DNA of 64,000 bases. Origin: a bacterium. GTDB lineage: Bacteria; Planctomycetota; JAFGQW01. The position numbers and the translations under genes were made by a program. Under the pieces are notes generated by a model. That model saw only the letters and a list, made by a program, of their open reading frames with translations. It made no database searches and was not told the DNA's origin. Positions 35,531 to 45,661 of the stretch are shown piece by piece (position 1 is the first letter of the stretch; every line of letters begins with the position of its first letter). Location of the stretch: contig JAUHXU010000004.1 in the NCBI GenBank assembly GCA_030426805.1, forward strand, positions 46,792-110,791. The letters run 5' to 3'.

Positions 35531-36856
35531 TTACAGGCCTTCGAGCTTGATCACGTGCGGGTCGGTGATCGTCGCGATGCCGTCGGGCGCGTTGGCGTCG
35601 ATCGTCACCGCGAGGAACCAGAGCCGGATCCCGTTCGCCGACGGGCCGAACAGCGACATGTCGAGCTTGGCGATCGCCTCGCCGTTGCCGTCGAGCGTGC
35701 CCTTGTCGTTGACGAGGAACGGCGCCAGTCCGGTGCGCAGCGCGAGGAACGTGACCGAGTCGGTGTTGAGCCACGCGGTGCGCGCGCTCTGCGGGAACCG
35801 AGCGACGCCGCGGCCGCGCACGCCGCTCGCCGAGACCGCGAGCACATAGGGCTTGTTCGCGTCCTCCGGGATCTTGATCCCGATGTCCCACTGCCCGCGT
35901 GCGGTCAGGTTGCTGTGGACGTTGCGGCGGTAGAGCAGCTCCACCTCGTAGAGGTCGCTCTGGCCGGTCACGACCGTGGAGATCACGCCGGTGATCACCG
36001 GCGTCAAGCCGCTGACGTCCATCGTGTAGAGGCCGCCGATCAGGTTCGGGCACAGCGTCCAGCAGCTGCCGACGATGACCTGGCGGAACAACGGCGACGC
36101 CCGGTCGGCGCGCATCGAGTAGGTCGAGCCGGGGCCGCCGTTGGCGAGCGTCGACATCTGGATCAGGTTCGGCGACGTCTGCTGGTAGGGCACCTGGAAG
36201 ACGCGGAGCGGGGTGTCACCGCTGCCGCTGTAGATGTCCCCGGTCGGGATGTCCTGCGCGATTCCGAAGCGGGAGTCGAGGCTCGTCGCGATCGTCGTGA
36301 CCGTCGAGCCGTCGCGCGCGACCAGCTGCAGCGGGTCCGGCGTCGCGCCGCTCTGCACGAGCAGGTCGCCGGAGTCGATGTCGATGTCGATCCCGCCCCA
36401 CGGGTTGTTGCCGAGGACCGCGACCGTCGAGATGTTGCCCAGCGTGTCGACGCGGAAGACGGTGTCGCGCGTCGTCTCGTTGACGTAGTAGTTTCCGTTC
36501 TGACCGACCGTGATGTCGCGCAGCCAGTCGCCGGGTTGGAACGTCGCGAGCGTGCCGAGGTTCGCCCCGGTCGTCGGGTCGATGATGTGGATCGACGGGG
36601 CGCTGTTGCTCGACGACAGATCGGTCGCGACGAGCAACCGGTTGTTGTGGTCCATGCAGACGCCGTGCGTGTTGTTGACGCCGGCTGCCGCGGACGTGAC
36701 GAGGTTGCCGGCCCCGTCGTAGATCAGGACGCTGCCTTCGGTCGGCGCCTTGCTGAAGTTGATCACGCCGCCGGCGTAGCCGTTCGGGTGGTTCTGCGCG
36801 AACACCGTCGTGGCGGTGAGCGCGGTCGCGAGCGCGACCGTGGCGAGTCGGGTCAT
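35531..36856 (-). CDS. secreted hypothetical protein (beta-propeller-like repeats)
   Basis: Strong SD GAGGAGGAGAG is 4 nt before the ATG. Signal peptide MTRLATVALATALTATTVFAQ. Repeated G/T/S/N-rich beta-strand segments follow. Confidence 0.6.
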   Translation of the reverse strand: MTRLATVALATALTATTVFAQNHPNGYAGGVINFSKAPTEGSVLIYDGAGNLVTSAAAGVNNTHGVCMDHNNRLLVATDLSSSNSAPSIHIIDPTTGANLGTLATFQPGDWLRDITVGQNGNYYVNETTRDTVFRVDTLGNISTVAVLGNNPWGGIDIDIDSGDLLVQSGATPDPLQLVARDGSTVTTIATSLDSRFGIAQDIPTGDIYSGSGDTPLRVFQVPYQQTSPNLIQMSTLANGGPGSTYSMRADRASPLFRQVIVGSCWTLCPNLIGGLYTMDVSGLTPVITGVISTVVTGQSDLYEVELLYRRNVHSNLTARGQWDIGIKIPEDANKPYVLAVSASGVRGRGVARFPQSARTAWLNTDSVTFLALRTGLAPFLVNDKGTLDGNGEAIAKLDMSLFGPSANGIRLWFLAVTIDANAPDGIATITDPHVIKLEGL

Positions 36857-36990
36857 CTCTCCTCCTCGAACAAGAGGTTCAACCATCTTGCGAGCCTCGG
36901 CGGCTCGACGATCCACACGTGTCCGGTTTCGACCGGACCGGCCCCCTCAGAGCCGCACGATTCTCTCCGATCCCCGAGGCTGCCGCAAGG

Positions 36991-38253
36991 TCAGGTGAGG
37001 AAGTCGGGGATCCGTTCGCCTCGCACGAGGTCCTCGAACGACTCGCGCGCGCGCACGACGGTGTAGTCGCCGTTGCGGACCAGCACCTCTGGAGCGCGTG
37101 GTCGGCTGTTGAAGTTCGACGCGAGCCCGAAGCCGTAGGCGCCCGCATCGAGCACCGCGAGTCGATCGCCGCGGTGCGGCAGCTCGATCGCACGGTCGAG
37201 TGCGAAGAAGTCGGTCGTTTCGCAAACCGGCCCGACGACGTCGACGACGACCGCGTCGGCCCCACGCCGAGTGACCGGCACGATCTCGTGGTGCGCCTCG
37301 TAGAGGCACGGGCGCATGAAGTCGTTCATCGCACCGTCGACGATCACGAATGTGCGCTCCCCGTGGCGCTTCACGTAGAGCACGCGGCAGACGAGCATGC
37401 CGATGTCGCCGACGAGGATGCGACCCGGCTCCAGCAGCAGTTGCACGCCCGAGCCGGCCGGGTCGAGCGCATCGACGACCGTCCGGGCGTAGTCCTCGAT
37501 CGACGGCAGGGGGCTACGGTCGTACGGAATGCCGAGGCCGCCGCCGATGTCGCAGTGGTCGATCGGGATGCCGCGGCCGCGCACCGTCTCGATGAACGTG
37601 CGCATTCGGCGCATCGCTTCGGCGAACGGTTCGAGCGAGCGGATGTTCGAGCCGATGTGGCAGTCGACCCCGGTGATCGCGAGCCCGGGGCGCGTGTGCG
37701 CCCACGTGTAGACGTCGAGCGCCTCGTCGGCGTCGATGCCGAACTTGTTCTCCCGCAGACCGGTCGTCACGTAGCGGTGGGTCTTCGCATCGACGTCGGG
37801 GTTGATGCGCACGCTCACCGGGGCCCGGACGCCGCGGCGCGTCGCGACACGGTCGATTCGTTCGAGTTCGCCGCGGGACTCGGCGTTCAGCATCCGGATG
37901 CCGTGGTGCAGCGCGGCATCGATCTCGTCGTCGGTCTTGCCCGCGCCGGAGAAGACGATCCGCTCGGGTCGCGCGCCGGCCCGGAGCGCGCGTTCCAGCT
38001 CGCCACTCGAGACGACGTCGCATCCGAGTCCCTCGCGGGTGACGGCCGCGACGATCGCGAGGTTCGGGTTCGCCTTGACCGAGTAGCAGGTCAGGTGGTC
38101 GACGGCCGCGAACGCCGCCTCGAAGCGACGCACGTTCTCGACGAGTCGCGCGTGGCTGTAGACGTAGCACGGCGTGCCGACGGCCTCGGCGATCGCCTCC
38201 ACCGCGACCGACTCGACGTGCAGCGTGTCCTTGCGATGCTCGATGTGCGTCAT
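36991..38253 (-). CDS. lysA: diaminopimelate decarboxylase
   Basis: PLP motif CYSVKANPNL, HIGSNI, and the C-terminal EPGRILVG..GAYG pattern of fold-III decarboxylases. Confidence 0.9.
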   Translation of the reverse strand: MTHIEHRKDTLHVESVAVEAIAEAVGTPCYVYSHARLVENVRRFEAAFAAVDHLTCYSVKANPNLAIVAAVTREGLGCDVVSSGELERALRAGARPERIVFSGAGKTDDEIDAALHHGIRMLNAESRGELERIDRVATRRGVRAPVSVRINPDVDAKTHRYVTTGLRENKFGIDADEALDVYTWAHTRPGLAITGVDCHIGSNIRSLEPFAEAMRRMRTFIETVRGRGIPIDHCDIGGGLGIPYDRSPLPSIEDYARTVVDALDPAGSGVQLLLEPGRILVGDIGMLVCRVLYVKRHGERTFVIVDGAMNDFMRPCLYEAHHEIVPVTRRGADAVVVDVVGPVCETTDFFALDRAIELPHRGDRLAVLDAGAYGFGLASNFNSRPRAPEVLVRNGDYTVVRARESFEDLVRGERIPDFLT

Positions 38254-38358
38254 GATCCCCCCCCGGGCGTTCGCCGCGGCCCGCATGATCGCAGGCGCCG
38301 GGGGGGCGGGCAAGGGGGCCGCCGTTGCACCGCGCGCGCCGGGCGCTATGCTCGCGGG

Positions 38359-39075
38359 ATGGACACTCCCGTTCCCGACTCGGTGCTCGACGCACTCGGG
38401 CGACTCGACCTCGACCTGGATCGCGATCGACTCGCGGGCCTCGCGGCGTTCCACCGGCTGTTCGTCGATGCGAACGCCCGGACGAATCTGACCGCGGTCC
38501 GCGAGCCCGAAGCCGTGTGGCATCGGATGATCGTCGATGCGCTGACCGTGCTGCCGGTGATCGGCGACGCTGCGACGCTCGTCGACGTGGGCACGGGAGG
38601 CGGCCTGCCGGGCATCCCGCTCGCGATCGCCCGCCCGGACCTCGCCGTGACGCTCGTCGAGGCGACCGGCAAGAAGTGCGAAGCGCTCACGCGGTTCGTC
38701 GAGGGACTCGGCCTCGACCGCGTGTCGGTCGTCAACGGTCGCGCGGAGACGGTCGCCCGCGACCCGGCGCTCCGCGAACGCTTCGACGTCGCGACGAGTC
38801 GGGCACTGGGCGCACTCCCGGTCGTCCTCGAACTGACCCTCCCGTTCATCGCGATCGGCGGGGAGGCAATCGCGATGAAGGGGCCGGCCGTCGCTGCCGA
38901 ACTCGACGGCGCCGCGTCCGCGCTCCAGCGACTCGGGGGCGGTCGTCCCGAGGTGCGTCGCAGCTACCCGGACGACTTCGAGAACGACCTCGTGCTCGTG
39001 CGGATCCCGAAACGCCGCGCGACGCCTCGCGCGTTTCCGCGCGCGCCGGGGCTCCCGAAGAAGCAGCCGTTGTAG
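38359..39075 (+). CDS. rsmG: 16S rRNA (guanine527-N7)-methyltransferase
   Basis: Family pattern NARTNLTAVREPEAVWHRMIVD..LVDVGTGGGLPGIPLAI..VTLVEATGKK. Confidence 0.85.
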   Translation: MDTPVPDSVLDALGRLDLDLDRDRLAGLAAFHRLFVDANARTNLTAVREPEAVWHRMIVDALTVLPVIGDAATLVDVGTGGGLPGIPLAIARPDLAVTLVEATGKKCEALTRFVEGLGLDRVSVVNGRAETVARDPALRERFDVATSRALGALPVVLELTLPFIAIGGEAIAMKGPAVAAELDGAASALQRLGGGRPEVRRSYPDDFENDLVLVRIPKRRATPRAFPRAPGLPKKQPL

Positions 39076-40611
39076 CTACTGCGGCTCCGCGGGCCACGTC
39101 GCTCGAAAGACGACCATCGTCGGGCCCGCGAGCACGCGGTTGTCGGCCGGCGGAATCTCGACGACGTGGATCGGCTCGAAGATGTCGGCGCGTCTGGCGA
39201 GGTCGGGATACCAGTTCGGCGCGACGATCAGGAAGTCGGGGCGCCGTTCGAAGAGGGTCGCGAACACGAGCGCCGCGTTGCGTTTTCGCGGCAGGAGTTC
39301 GGGCGACGCGATCCCCTCGAGATCGAGCAATCGCACGCGCCCGAAGTAGGCGAGCGCGCCGATGTCGTGGACCGCGACGGTCGAACCGGCCGGGATCGAC
39401 GACGCGACCCAGCGCGCGAGCGTCTCGTGCATGTCGCGTGTGTTGCGCACCGCCATCGCGTGGTAGCGAGCGCCGCGGTCGATCGCGCCGCCGAGCGGCA
39501 CCGCGACGAGCAGGAGGGCGAGCGCGACGATCCCACGGGGACGCACCGTGGCGAGGGCGCCGACCCCGAGCGCGGCGAGTGCCGCGAGCGCCGGCGTCGC
39601 GATCGCTGCATAGCGGTCACCCGCGCCGAAGTCGGGTCGTGGCGTCATCAAGCCGATCGCGAGCGGCAGCGCGAAGACGCACCACGCGCCGAGTCCGACG
39701 AGTCGTCCCGCGCCGCGAGCGACGAATGCCGCGCCGAGCGCGGGCACGAGGAGCGGGCTCGCGCGCAGCACGCCGTCGAGGAACATCGCGAGCTGCGCGA
39801 ACGACGTCCGGCAGACGACGCGGAGGGCGCCGGCGGCGTCGCCGCGCTCGAGCATGAACAGGAGCCCCTGGCCACCGGCGGGGTTTCGCGACCGGTGGAT
39901 CTTCGCGAAGAACGTCGTCGGTAGCGGCGACCCGTGGCTCAGCGAATAGACGAGCGCGATCGGCGCGATCGGCACCGCGGTGGCGACGACGCGCGCCGCG
40001 ATCGTCCGCGGACGGAGCCCGGCGGAGCACCACACCCACGGTGCGAGCGCGAGCGCTTCGGGGCGAGCGAGCACCGCGAGGCCGACGAGCAGCGACGGAA
40101 GCAGACCCCGCCGCCCCGGGTCGGCGCCGCACGCGGTCTCGGCGAGGAGCAGCGCCGCGACGAGCGCGATCGCGAGCGGGACTTCGAGGCCGGAGAGCGC
40201 TCCGAAGGCGGTCGACGGCAGCAACGCGAGGACGGTGGCTGCGATCGCGGCGACGGCCGGCCGTCCCGGTGCGGCGAGTGCCACCGCGCGCCACGTCCAG
40301 TCGAGCGCGACGAGCGTCAGCGCGATGCCGAGCACGCGAATCGCGACGACGTCTGCACCGAAGAGGCCGACGATCGGCGTCAGGAGCAGCGTCCACAGCG
40401 GTGCGGTGCTCGCCCCGACCCACTCGCCGGGGTTGACCGCGAACCCGTCGCCGGCGGCGAGGTTGCGCGCGATCGCCGCGTGGATCCACGTGTCGTCGAG
40501 CGCGAATCCGGCGGCGCCCGCGAGCGCGTGTTCGCGCCACAGGTGCCACGCGAGATTCGCGAAGAGCGCGAGGGGCGCGAGGATCCGCCAGCCGGGCGAT
40601 CGAATCGACAT
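39076..40611 (-). CDS. GT-C superfamily membrane glycosyltransferase (ArnT/PMT-like, GT39/83-like)
   Basis: N-terminal loop FALDDTWIHAAIARNLAAGDGFA...PLWTLLL follows the DExxY..IA..G..PL pattern of ArnT/PMT. About 11 TM helices plus a C-terminal soluble domain. RBS GGAG before ATG 40611. Confidence 0.5.
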   Translation of the reverse strand: MSIRSPGWRILAPLALFANLAWHLWREHALAGAAGFALDDTWIHAAIARNLAAGDGFAVNPGEWVGASTAPLWTLLLTPIVGLFGADVVAIRVLGIALTLVALDWTWRAVALAAPGRPAVAAIAATVLALLPSTAFGALSGLEVPLAIALVAALLLAETACGADPGRRGLLPSLLVGLAVLARPEALALAPWVWCSAGLRPRTIAARVVATAVPIAPIALVYSLSHGSPLPTTFFAKIHRSRNPAGGQGLLFMLERGDAAGALRVVCRTSFAQLAMFLDGVLRASPLLVPALGAAFVARGAGRLVGLGAWCVFALPLAIGLMTPRPDFGAGDRYAAIATPALAALAALGVGALATVRPRGIVALALLLVAVPLGGAIDRGARYHAMAVRNTRDMHETLARWVASSIPAGSTVAVHDIGALAYFGRVRLLDLEGIASPELLPRKRNAALVFATLFERRPDFLIVAPNWYPDLARRADIFEPIHVVEIPPADNRVLAGPTMVVFRATWPAEPQ

Positions 40612-40702
40612 CGGGGCTCCAGGACGCGGCGCCGCGCCGAGTGCGCGGCGGTCGGTTCCAAAGCCTACGGATGCATCGGTCGGCCGCAAGGGTACGTCGG
40701 CG

Positions 40703-43579
40703 ATGGGCGAGTGGTATGCTGTCGCGGCCATGCGTCCCGCGCGTTCCACCCTCGGCGCGATCCTCGTCATCGCCGTCGGCCTCCTCCCGCTCGTGCCGAT
40801 CGTCGCGTTCGGTCCGCCGGGCCTCGGGCACGACCTCGACTTTCACCATGCCCACGTGCGCGCGTTCGCCGACGCCGTCGCCGACGGCGCGGGCTACCCG
40901 AGCTGGGCCGCCCCGATGAACGGCGGCTACGGCGCGCCGTCGTTCCGCTTCTATCCGCCGTTGGGGTGGGCGCTCGCCGCGGCGTGCGGGGCGCTGACCG
41001 GCGATACGATGAGCGGGTTCTTCGTCGCCGCCGCAATCGCGAGCGTGCTCGGCGCCGTCGCGCTCTACCGATTGTTGCGCCGCGACGTGGGGCGGGTCCC
41101 GGCGCTGCTCGGGGTCGCGATCTTCGTCGTGTCGCCGTACGCGATTCTCGATCTCTACTACCGCTTCGCGTGGGCCGAGTATTGCGCGATCCAGTGGATG
41201 CCGGCGATCGTGCTCGCGCTGCGCCGTCAGCTCGAGCGCCCCGGTGGCTGGCGGGCGGTCGCGCTCGCGGCGTGCACCTGCGGGCTCGTCGCGACCCACG
41301 TCGTCACCGCGCTGACGTTCGGCCCGCTGCTCGTGCTCGCCGTCGGCTACGAGGCGCTGCGCCGTCGTTCCTGGCGAACCGTCGTCGCCGGCGCGTTGCC
41401 GGCCGCATTCGGGCTGGCTGCTGCGGCGCCGCTCCTGCTGCCGATCGTCATCGAGGGCGGGCTCGTGCACCTCGAGCACATCACGGCGTCGCGTCACGGG
41501 CAGGTCGGCCGGAACTTCCTGTTTCGCGACGAGCAGACGCTCGGGTTCACGGCGTCCTACTTCAAGAACACGGTCGAGTTCGCGGCGCTCGCACAACTCG
41601 CCGTCGTCGTCGGTGCGGCGGCGGCGCTCGCGTTGCGGCGCCGACTCACCGGCGGAGTCGTCGCGTTGGTCGTGGCGGCGATCGCCCACCTCTACCTGAG
41701 CACGGCGTGGTCGGCGCCGGTGTGGCGGTGGTTTCCGTGGCTCGGGACCGTGCAGTTTCCGTGGCGCCTGCTCGGCGCGCTGGGCTTTCTCTGCGCGTGG
41801 CTCGTCGCGGCCGCCGCCGGGGGCACTCCGATTCCGGGCCGGTCGCGACGGCTCGCGCGGGCGTGCGCGCTCGGTGTCCCGCTCGTCGCCGTCGTCGCGT
41901 TCTCGCTCGATGCGGTGCGCACGTCGCTCGCCCCGGACGAGCCGTGGCTGATCAACGTGCGCGAGCAGCCGCGGCCCACGTCGGTCGTCACGCGCGAGTA
42001 TCTGCCGAAGGCGGTCGAAGTCGGGAACCTGATGGAGCTCGTCGACTACGACCCGGAGCGACGCACGGTCGCGATCGCCGGGGAGGCGCGGTTCGAGTGG
42101 ATCGTGTGGACCGGGCAGCATCGACGCGCACGCGTCCGCGTCGACAGCGACGTCGCGCACGTCGTGCTGCCGATCTTTCGCTACGCCGGATGGAAGGCGA
42201 CCATCGACGGGGCACCGGTCGCAATCGACGGGCCGAACGCGATGGCGTTGATCGAAGTCGCCGTGCCGCGCGGGGAGCACGTGCTCGACGTGCGGGACAC
42301 CGGCGGTACGGCGCGACGCGTCGGGTGGTGGATCGCGCTCGCGGCGATCGGCGTCGGCGGTCTTCTCGCGTTCGCCCGACGCGGGCCCGGCCGTGTCTCG
42401 CCGGCCGCGCGCCCGTTCTTCGTCGGCCGCGCACGTCTCGTGCCGCTCGGCGTCGCGGCGGCGCTCGTGGCCGCGCCGATCGTCGCGCCGCTTCCGCCGA
42501 TCCGGCCGCCGATCGTCGTCGTGACGGGCGCGGCCCTGCGCGCGGATCACGCGGCGTTCAACGGCTACGCACGCCCGACGACGCCGAACCTGTCATTCCT
42601 CTGTGGCCACGAGGGGATCGTGATTCGGCGTGCCTACACGCCGGTGCCCGATCCGGCGGCCGCTGCGGACGAACTGTTCGCCGCATCGGGTCTCGTGCAG
42701 CGGTTTCGCGACGCCGGGTATTCGATCGGCGCGTTTCTCGGCACCGATCTGCTCGCGTCGCGGCCCGCGCTCGCCGCAGCGCTGCCCGGCGCGCGGGTGC
42801 CGGAGTCGGGGCGGCGTACGCCGGACGCGGAGGTGATCGCGCGCGCGATGCTGTGGTTGCGGGCCGAGGGGGATCGCCCGACGTTCCTGTGGGTCCACCT
42901 CGCCGACAGCGGCGGGCCGTGGCTCGCGGGCGACGACGGGTTCGTCTCGCCGCCGGGGCCTCGGGTCGCGCCCGATGCGATCCCGGAGTCGCTGCGGATC
43001 CGCGATGCGGCCGGGCGCATCGTGACCGACCTGTCGATCTACCGGGACCGGTACGACGATGTGCTCGTCCGTACCGACCGGACGCTCGGTCGCTTCCTGA
43101 CCGATCTGTATCGGACCCACCGGTACGACGCGGCTGCGGTCGCGGTCGTCGGGCTCGCCGGCATCGACCTCGGCGACGGTCCGACGCCGCTCGTGCAGGG
43201 CGCCTCGCTCCACGAGTCGCAGACCGCGGTGATGTGCATGCTGAAGCTGCCCGGTGCGCGGCACGGCGGCGAAGCGATCTTCGGCGCGCCGGTCGACGTG
43301 CGGTGGCTCGCGCCGACGTTCACCGAGTTGCTTCCCGGCGCCGCGCGGGAGGCTCGCTCGCTCGTGCGCCTGCTCGAATCCCCGGACGAGCGGTGGGCGG
43401 TCGAGGTGCGCTCGCCCGACGGCGCGGTCGTCGATCGCGTCTTCGACGACGTGAAAGTGCGGTGGACGCGGGGCGCCGACCCGGCCGTGCTCCGACGCAA
43501 CGTGCTGCCGCCGTGGGAGGAGCCCTGGACCGGGCCGCTGCCCGACGTCGCGACGCGCGCGCTCGACGGTCGTCGTTAG
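40703..43579 (+). CDS. polytopic membrane protein with C-terminal sulfatase/alkaline-phosphatase-superfamily domain
   Basis: N-terminal ~12 TM helices. The C-domain PPIVVVTGAALRADHAAFNGYARPTTPNLSFL and FLWVHLADSGGPW match the sulfatase/LtaS-type pattern; the CxPSR catalytic box is not evident. Confidence 0.5.
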   Translation: MGEWYAVAAMRPARSTLGAILVIAVGLLPLVPIVAFGPPGLGHDLDFHHAHVRAFADAVADGAGYPSWAAPMNGGYGAPSFRFYPPLGWALAAACGALTGDTMSGFFVAAAIASVLGAVALYRLLRRDVGRVPALLGVAIFVVSPYAILDLYYRFAWAEYCAIQWMPAIVLALRRQLERPGGWRAVALAACTCGLVATHVVTALTFGPLLVLAVGYEALRRRSWRTVVAGALPAAFGLAAAAPLLLPIVIEGGLVHLEHITASRHGQVGRNFLFRDEQTLGFTASYFKNTVEFAALAQLAVVVGAAAALALRRRLTGGVVALVVAAIAHLYLSTAWSAPVWRWFPWLGTVQFPWRLLGALGFLCAWLVAAAAGGTPIPGRSRRLARACALGVPLVAVVAFSLDAVRTSLAPDEPWLINVREQPRPTSVVTREYLPKAVEVGNLMELVDYDPERRTVAIAGEARFEWIVWTGQHRRARVRVDSDVAHVVLPIFRYAGWKATIDGAPVAIDGPNAMALIEVAVPRGEHVLDVRDTGGTARRVGWWIALAAIGVGGLLAFARRGPGRVSPAARPFFVGRARLVPLGVAAALVAAPIVAPLPPIRPPIVVVTGAALRADHAAFNGYARPTTPNLSFLCGHEGIVIRRAYTPVPDPAAAADELFAASGLVQRFRDAGYSIGAFLGTDLLASRPALAAALPGARVPESGRRTPDAEVIARAMLWLRAEGDRPTFLWVHLADSGGPWLAGDDGFVSPPGPRVAPDAIPESLRIRDAAGRIVTDLSIYRDRYDDVLVRTDRTLGRFLTDLYRTHRYDAAAVAVVGLAGIDLGDGPTPLVQGASLHESQTAVMCMLKLPGARHGGEAIFGAPVDVRWLAPTFTELLPGAAREARSLVRLLESPDERWAVEVRSPDGAVVDRVFDDVKVRWTRGADPAVLRRNVLPPWEEPWTGPLPDVATRALDGRR

Positions 43580-44202
43580 CCGCCGGCCACGGTCGCACGG
43601 ATGCGACCGGCGCTCGCGTCCGCGAGGGCGCGCACGAGGGGCGGCGCTTCGCTGGCGTGGATCGTCACCGCGAAGCGAGGGGTGCCTTCGAAGGCGCGTT
43701 CGATCGAGACGACACTCGCGTCCCGGCGTGCGAGGAGCGCCTCGACGGCACCGAGATCGTCGTAGCCGGCGACGAACGCGACGGTCGCGGTTCGATAGGT
43801 GTGGCGCCGGGGCGCGGCTACGAGCGCGGCGCGAGCGGCACTGCCGTATGCGCGGACGAGGCCGCCCTTGCCGAGCTTGGTGCCGCCGAACCAGCGGGTG
43901 ACGACGACGAGCACGTCGGTGAGTTCGGCGGTGACGATCGCGCGGAGGATCGGCGCGCCGGCCGTCCGGCCGGGCTCGCCGTCGTCGTCGGCGCGTTCGC
44001 GGGCCGTCTCCGGGGGGCCGATGCGCAGCGCCGAGCAGTGGTGCGTCGCGTCGGGATAGCGCCCGCGGACACCGACGAGGGCGCTGCGCGCGTCGTCGTC
44101 GGTCGTCGCGGCGAACGCCTGGCCGACGAAGCGCGAGCCCTTCGCGGTCGCCTCGATCTCCGGGCCGTCCGCGATCGAGATCAGCAGATCCGGGTTGTCC
44201 AC
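43576..44202 (-). CDS. IMPACT/YigZ family protein
   Basis: GSRFVGQAF..LVVVTRWFGGTKLGKGGLVRAYG are UPF0029/Impact_N motifs. Confidence 0.75.
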   Translation of the reverse strand: MDNPDLLISIADGPEIEATAKGSRFVGQAFAATTDDDARSALVGVRGRYPDATHHCSALRIGPPETARERADDDGEPGRTAGAPILRAIVTAELTDVLVVVTRWFGGTKLGKGGLVRAYGSAARAALVAAPRRHTYRTATVAFVAGYDDLGAVEALLARRDASVVSIERAFEGTPRFAVTIHASEAPPLVRALADASAGRIRATVAGG

Positions 44203-44252
44203 GACGAACGAGTAGACCGTCGACCGGCGACCGACTACCCTGTCCGACGATC

Positions 44253-45119
44253 ATGTCCTTGCTCGACCACCTGGCGACGTGGCCTCAGTACGTCGTGCCG
44301 CACCACCTGTTGTCCACGTTGGTCGGTCGGCTCGCCGACTCGGAGACGAACCCGCTTCGCCGACGCGCGATCCGCTGGTTCGCCCGCCGCTACCGGGTCG
44401 ACATGACGACCGCGGTGGAGCCCGACCTCGGCGCCTACCCGTCGTTCAACGCGTTCTTCACCCGCGCGCTCCGGGCCGACGCCCGGCCGATTCGCGGCGA
44501 CGACGCGACGCTCTGCAGCCCGTGCGACGGCGCGATCAGCGAGTTCGGCGCGATTCGCGACGGCCGGATCGTCCAGGCCAAGGGACGGGACTACTCGCTG
44601 CTCGAACTGCTCGGCGGCGATGCGGCGGTCGCCGCGCGCTTCGACGGCGGGCACTTCTGCACGATCTACCTGTCGCCGCGCGATTACCACCGCTTTCACC
44701 TGCCGTGCGCGGGGACGCTGACGTCGATGATCCACGTCCCGGGGCGGCTCTTCAGCGTCAACCCGCGGACGGCGCGCGTTGTCCCGCGTCTGTTCGCGCG
44801 CAACGAGCGCGTCGTCGCGCTCTTCGACACCGCGATCGGTCCGGTCGCGCTCGTCGCGGTCGGCGCGATGATCGTCGGGAGCGTGGAGACCGTCTGGTCG
44901 GGCGTCGTGACGCCACCGACCCGCCGTGGGGTCGCAGTGACCGACTACCCCGGCGGCGAGCACCGGTTCGCGCGCGGCGACGAGATCGGGCGCTTCCGCC
45001 TCGGCTCGACGATCGTCGCCGTGTTCCCGGCGATCGATCTGTCGTGGGACGACGCGATCGCGGCGGGCGCTTCGATCGAGATGGGCGCGCCGCTCGCGAC
45101 CGTCACGACCGGCGTCTGA
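44253..45119 (+). CDS. psd: phosphatidylserine decarboxylase proenzyme
   Basis: FNAFFTRALR and a C-terminal FRLGSTIV cleavage motif (GST). Confidence 0.85.
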   Translation: MSLLDHLATWPQYVVPHHLLSTLVGRLADSETNPLRRRAIRWFARRYRVDMTTAVEPDLGAYPSFNAFFTRALRADARPIRGDDATLCSPCDGAISEFGAIRDGRIVQAKGRDYSLLELLGGDAAVAARFDGGHFCTIYLSPRDYHRFHLPCAGTLTSMIHVPGRLFSVNPRTARVVPRLFARNERVVALFDTAIGPVALVAVGAMIVGSVETVWSGVVTPPTRRGVAVTDYPGGEHRFARGDEIGRFRLGSTIVAVFPAIDLSWDDAIAAGASIEMGAPLATVTTGV

Positions 45120-45573
45120 GGGGCGGCAGCGCCGCGGCGAATCGCACTTCGGCGACGTCGGCGCGCATGCACTCGTCGAGCACTCCGATCACGTGGCCGT
45201 GCGATACGGTCGGGTCCGGCGCGATCTCGGCTTCGGATTCCGGCGACGCGCGGCGGATCGCCGCGAGCCGCTGGTAGAGGCGATCGCGTGCCTCGGGCAT
45301 CGTGCCGATCGCGCTGCCGTTGAGCGCGCAGACGCACGTTTCGCCGCGCATCGACAGCGCGATCCGCATCGGCTCGACCGGTTCGAGCTTCTCGAACGTC
45401 TGCTGTGCCCCGCGATCCACCGGCAGGTGGGTCGCGATCTTCGACTCGAGGATCTTGAACTTCAGCGTGCACATGAAGAAGATCAGCAGCAGGAACACGA
45501 CGTCGATCATCGACGTGAATTGGGTCTCGAGCCGATCCTGGGGGCGCCGCTTGCCGAACCGCTTGCCGAACAT
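45103..45573 (-). CDS. ExbD/TolR-family biopolymer transport protein (orphan)
   Basis: N-terminal TM with MIDVVFLLLIFFM signature. No adjacent ExbB or TolQ. Confidence 0.6.
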   Translation of the reverse strand: MFGKRFGKRRPQDRLETQFTSMIDVVFLLLIFFMCTLKFKILESKIATHLPVDRGAQQTFEKLEPVEPMRIALSMRGETCVCALNGSAIGTMPEARDRLYQRLAAIRRASPESEAEIAPDPTVSHGHVIGVLDECMRADVAEVRFAAALPPLRRRS

Positions 45574-45661
45574 CGCTATCCTCCGAACGGGTTGGTCACG
45601 TCAACGACCGGCGCGACCGCCGGGTTCGCCAAAACGCAAAAGCGTCGTCGTCGCGTCGTGC

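Noticed and set aside
39934-44406. 1490-aa plus-strand ORF and overlapping 39617..42550 minus ORF (977 aa)
   Set aside because: Both are Arg/Gly/Asp-rich antisense or off-frame readings of the GT-C and sulfatase-like membrane-protein genes, with no domain signatures.
45302-45661. Upstream part of ORF 45302..46897 (MKKISS... start at ~45476)
   Set aside because: It would overlap the opposite-strand ExbD gene by >100 bp and place ~50 residues before the signal-peptide/lipobox. A later TTG start was preferred, but this remains uncertain.
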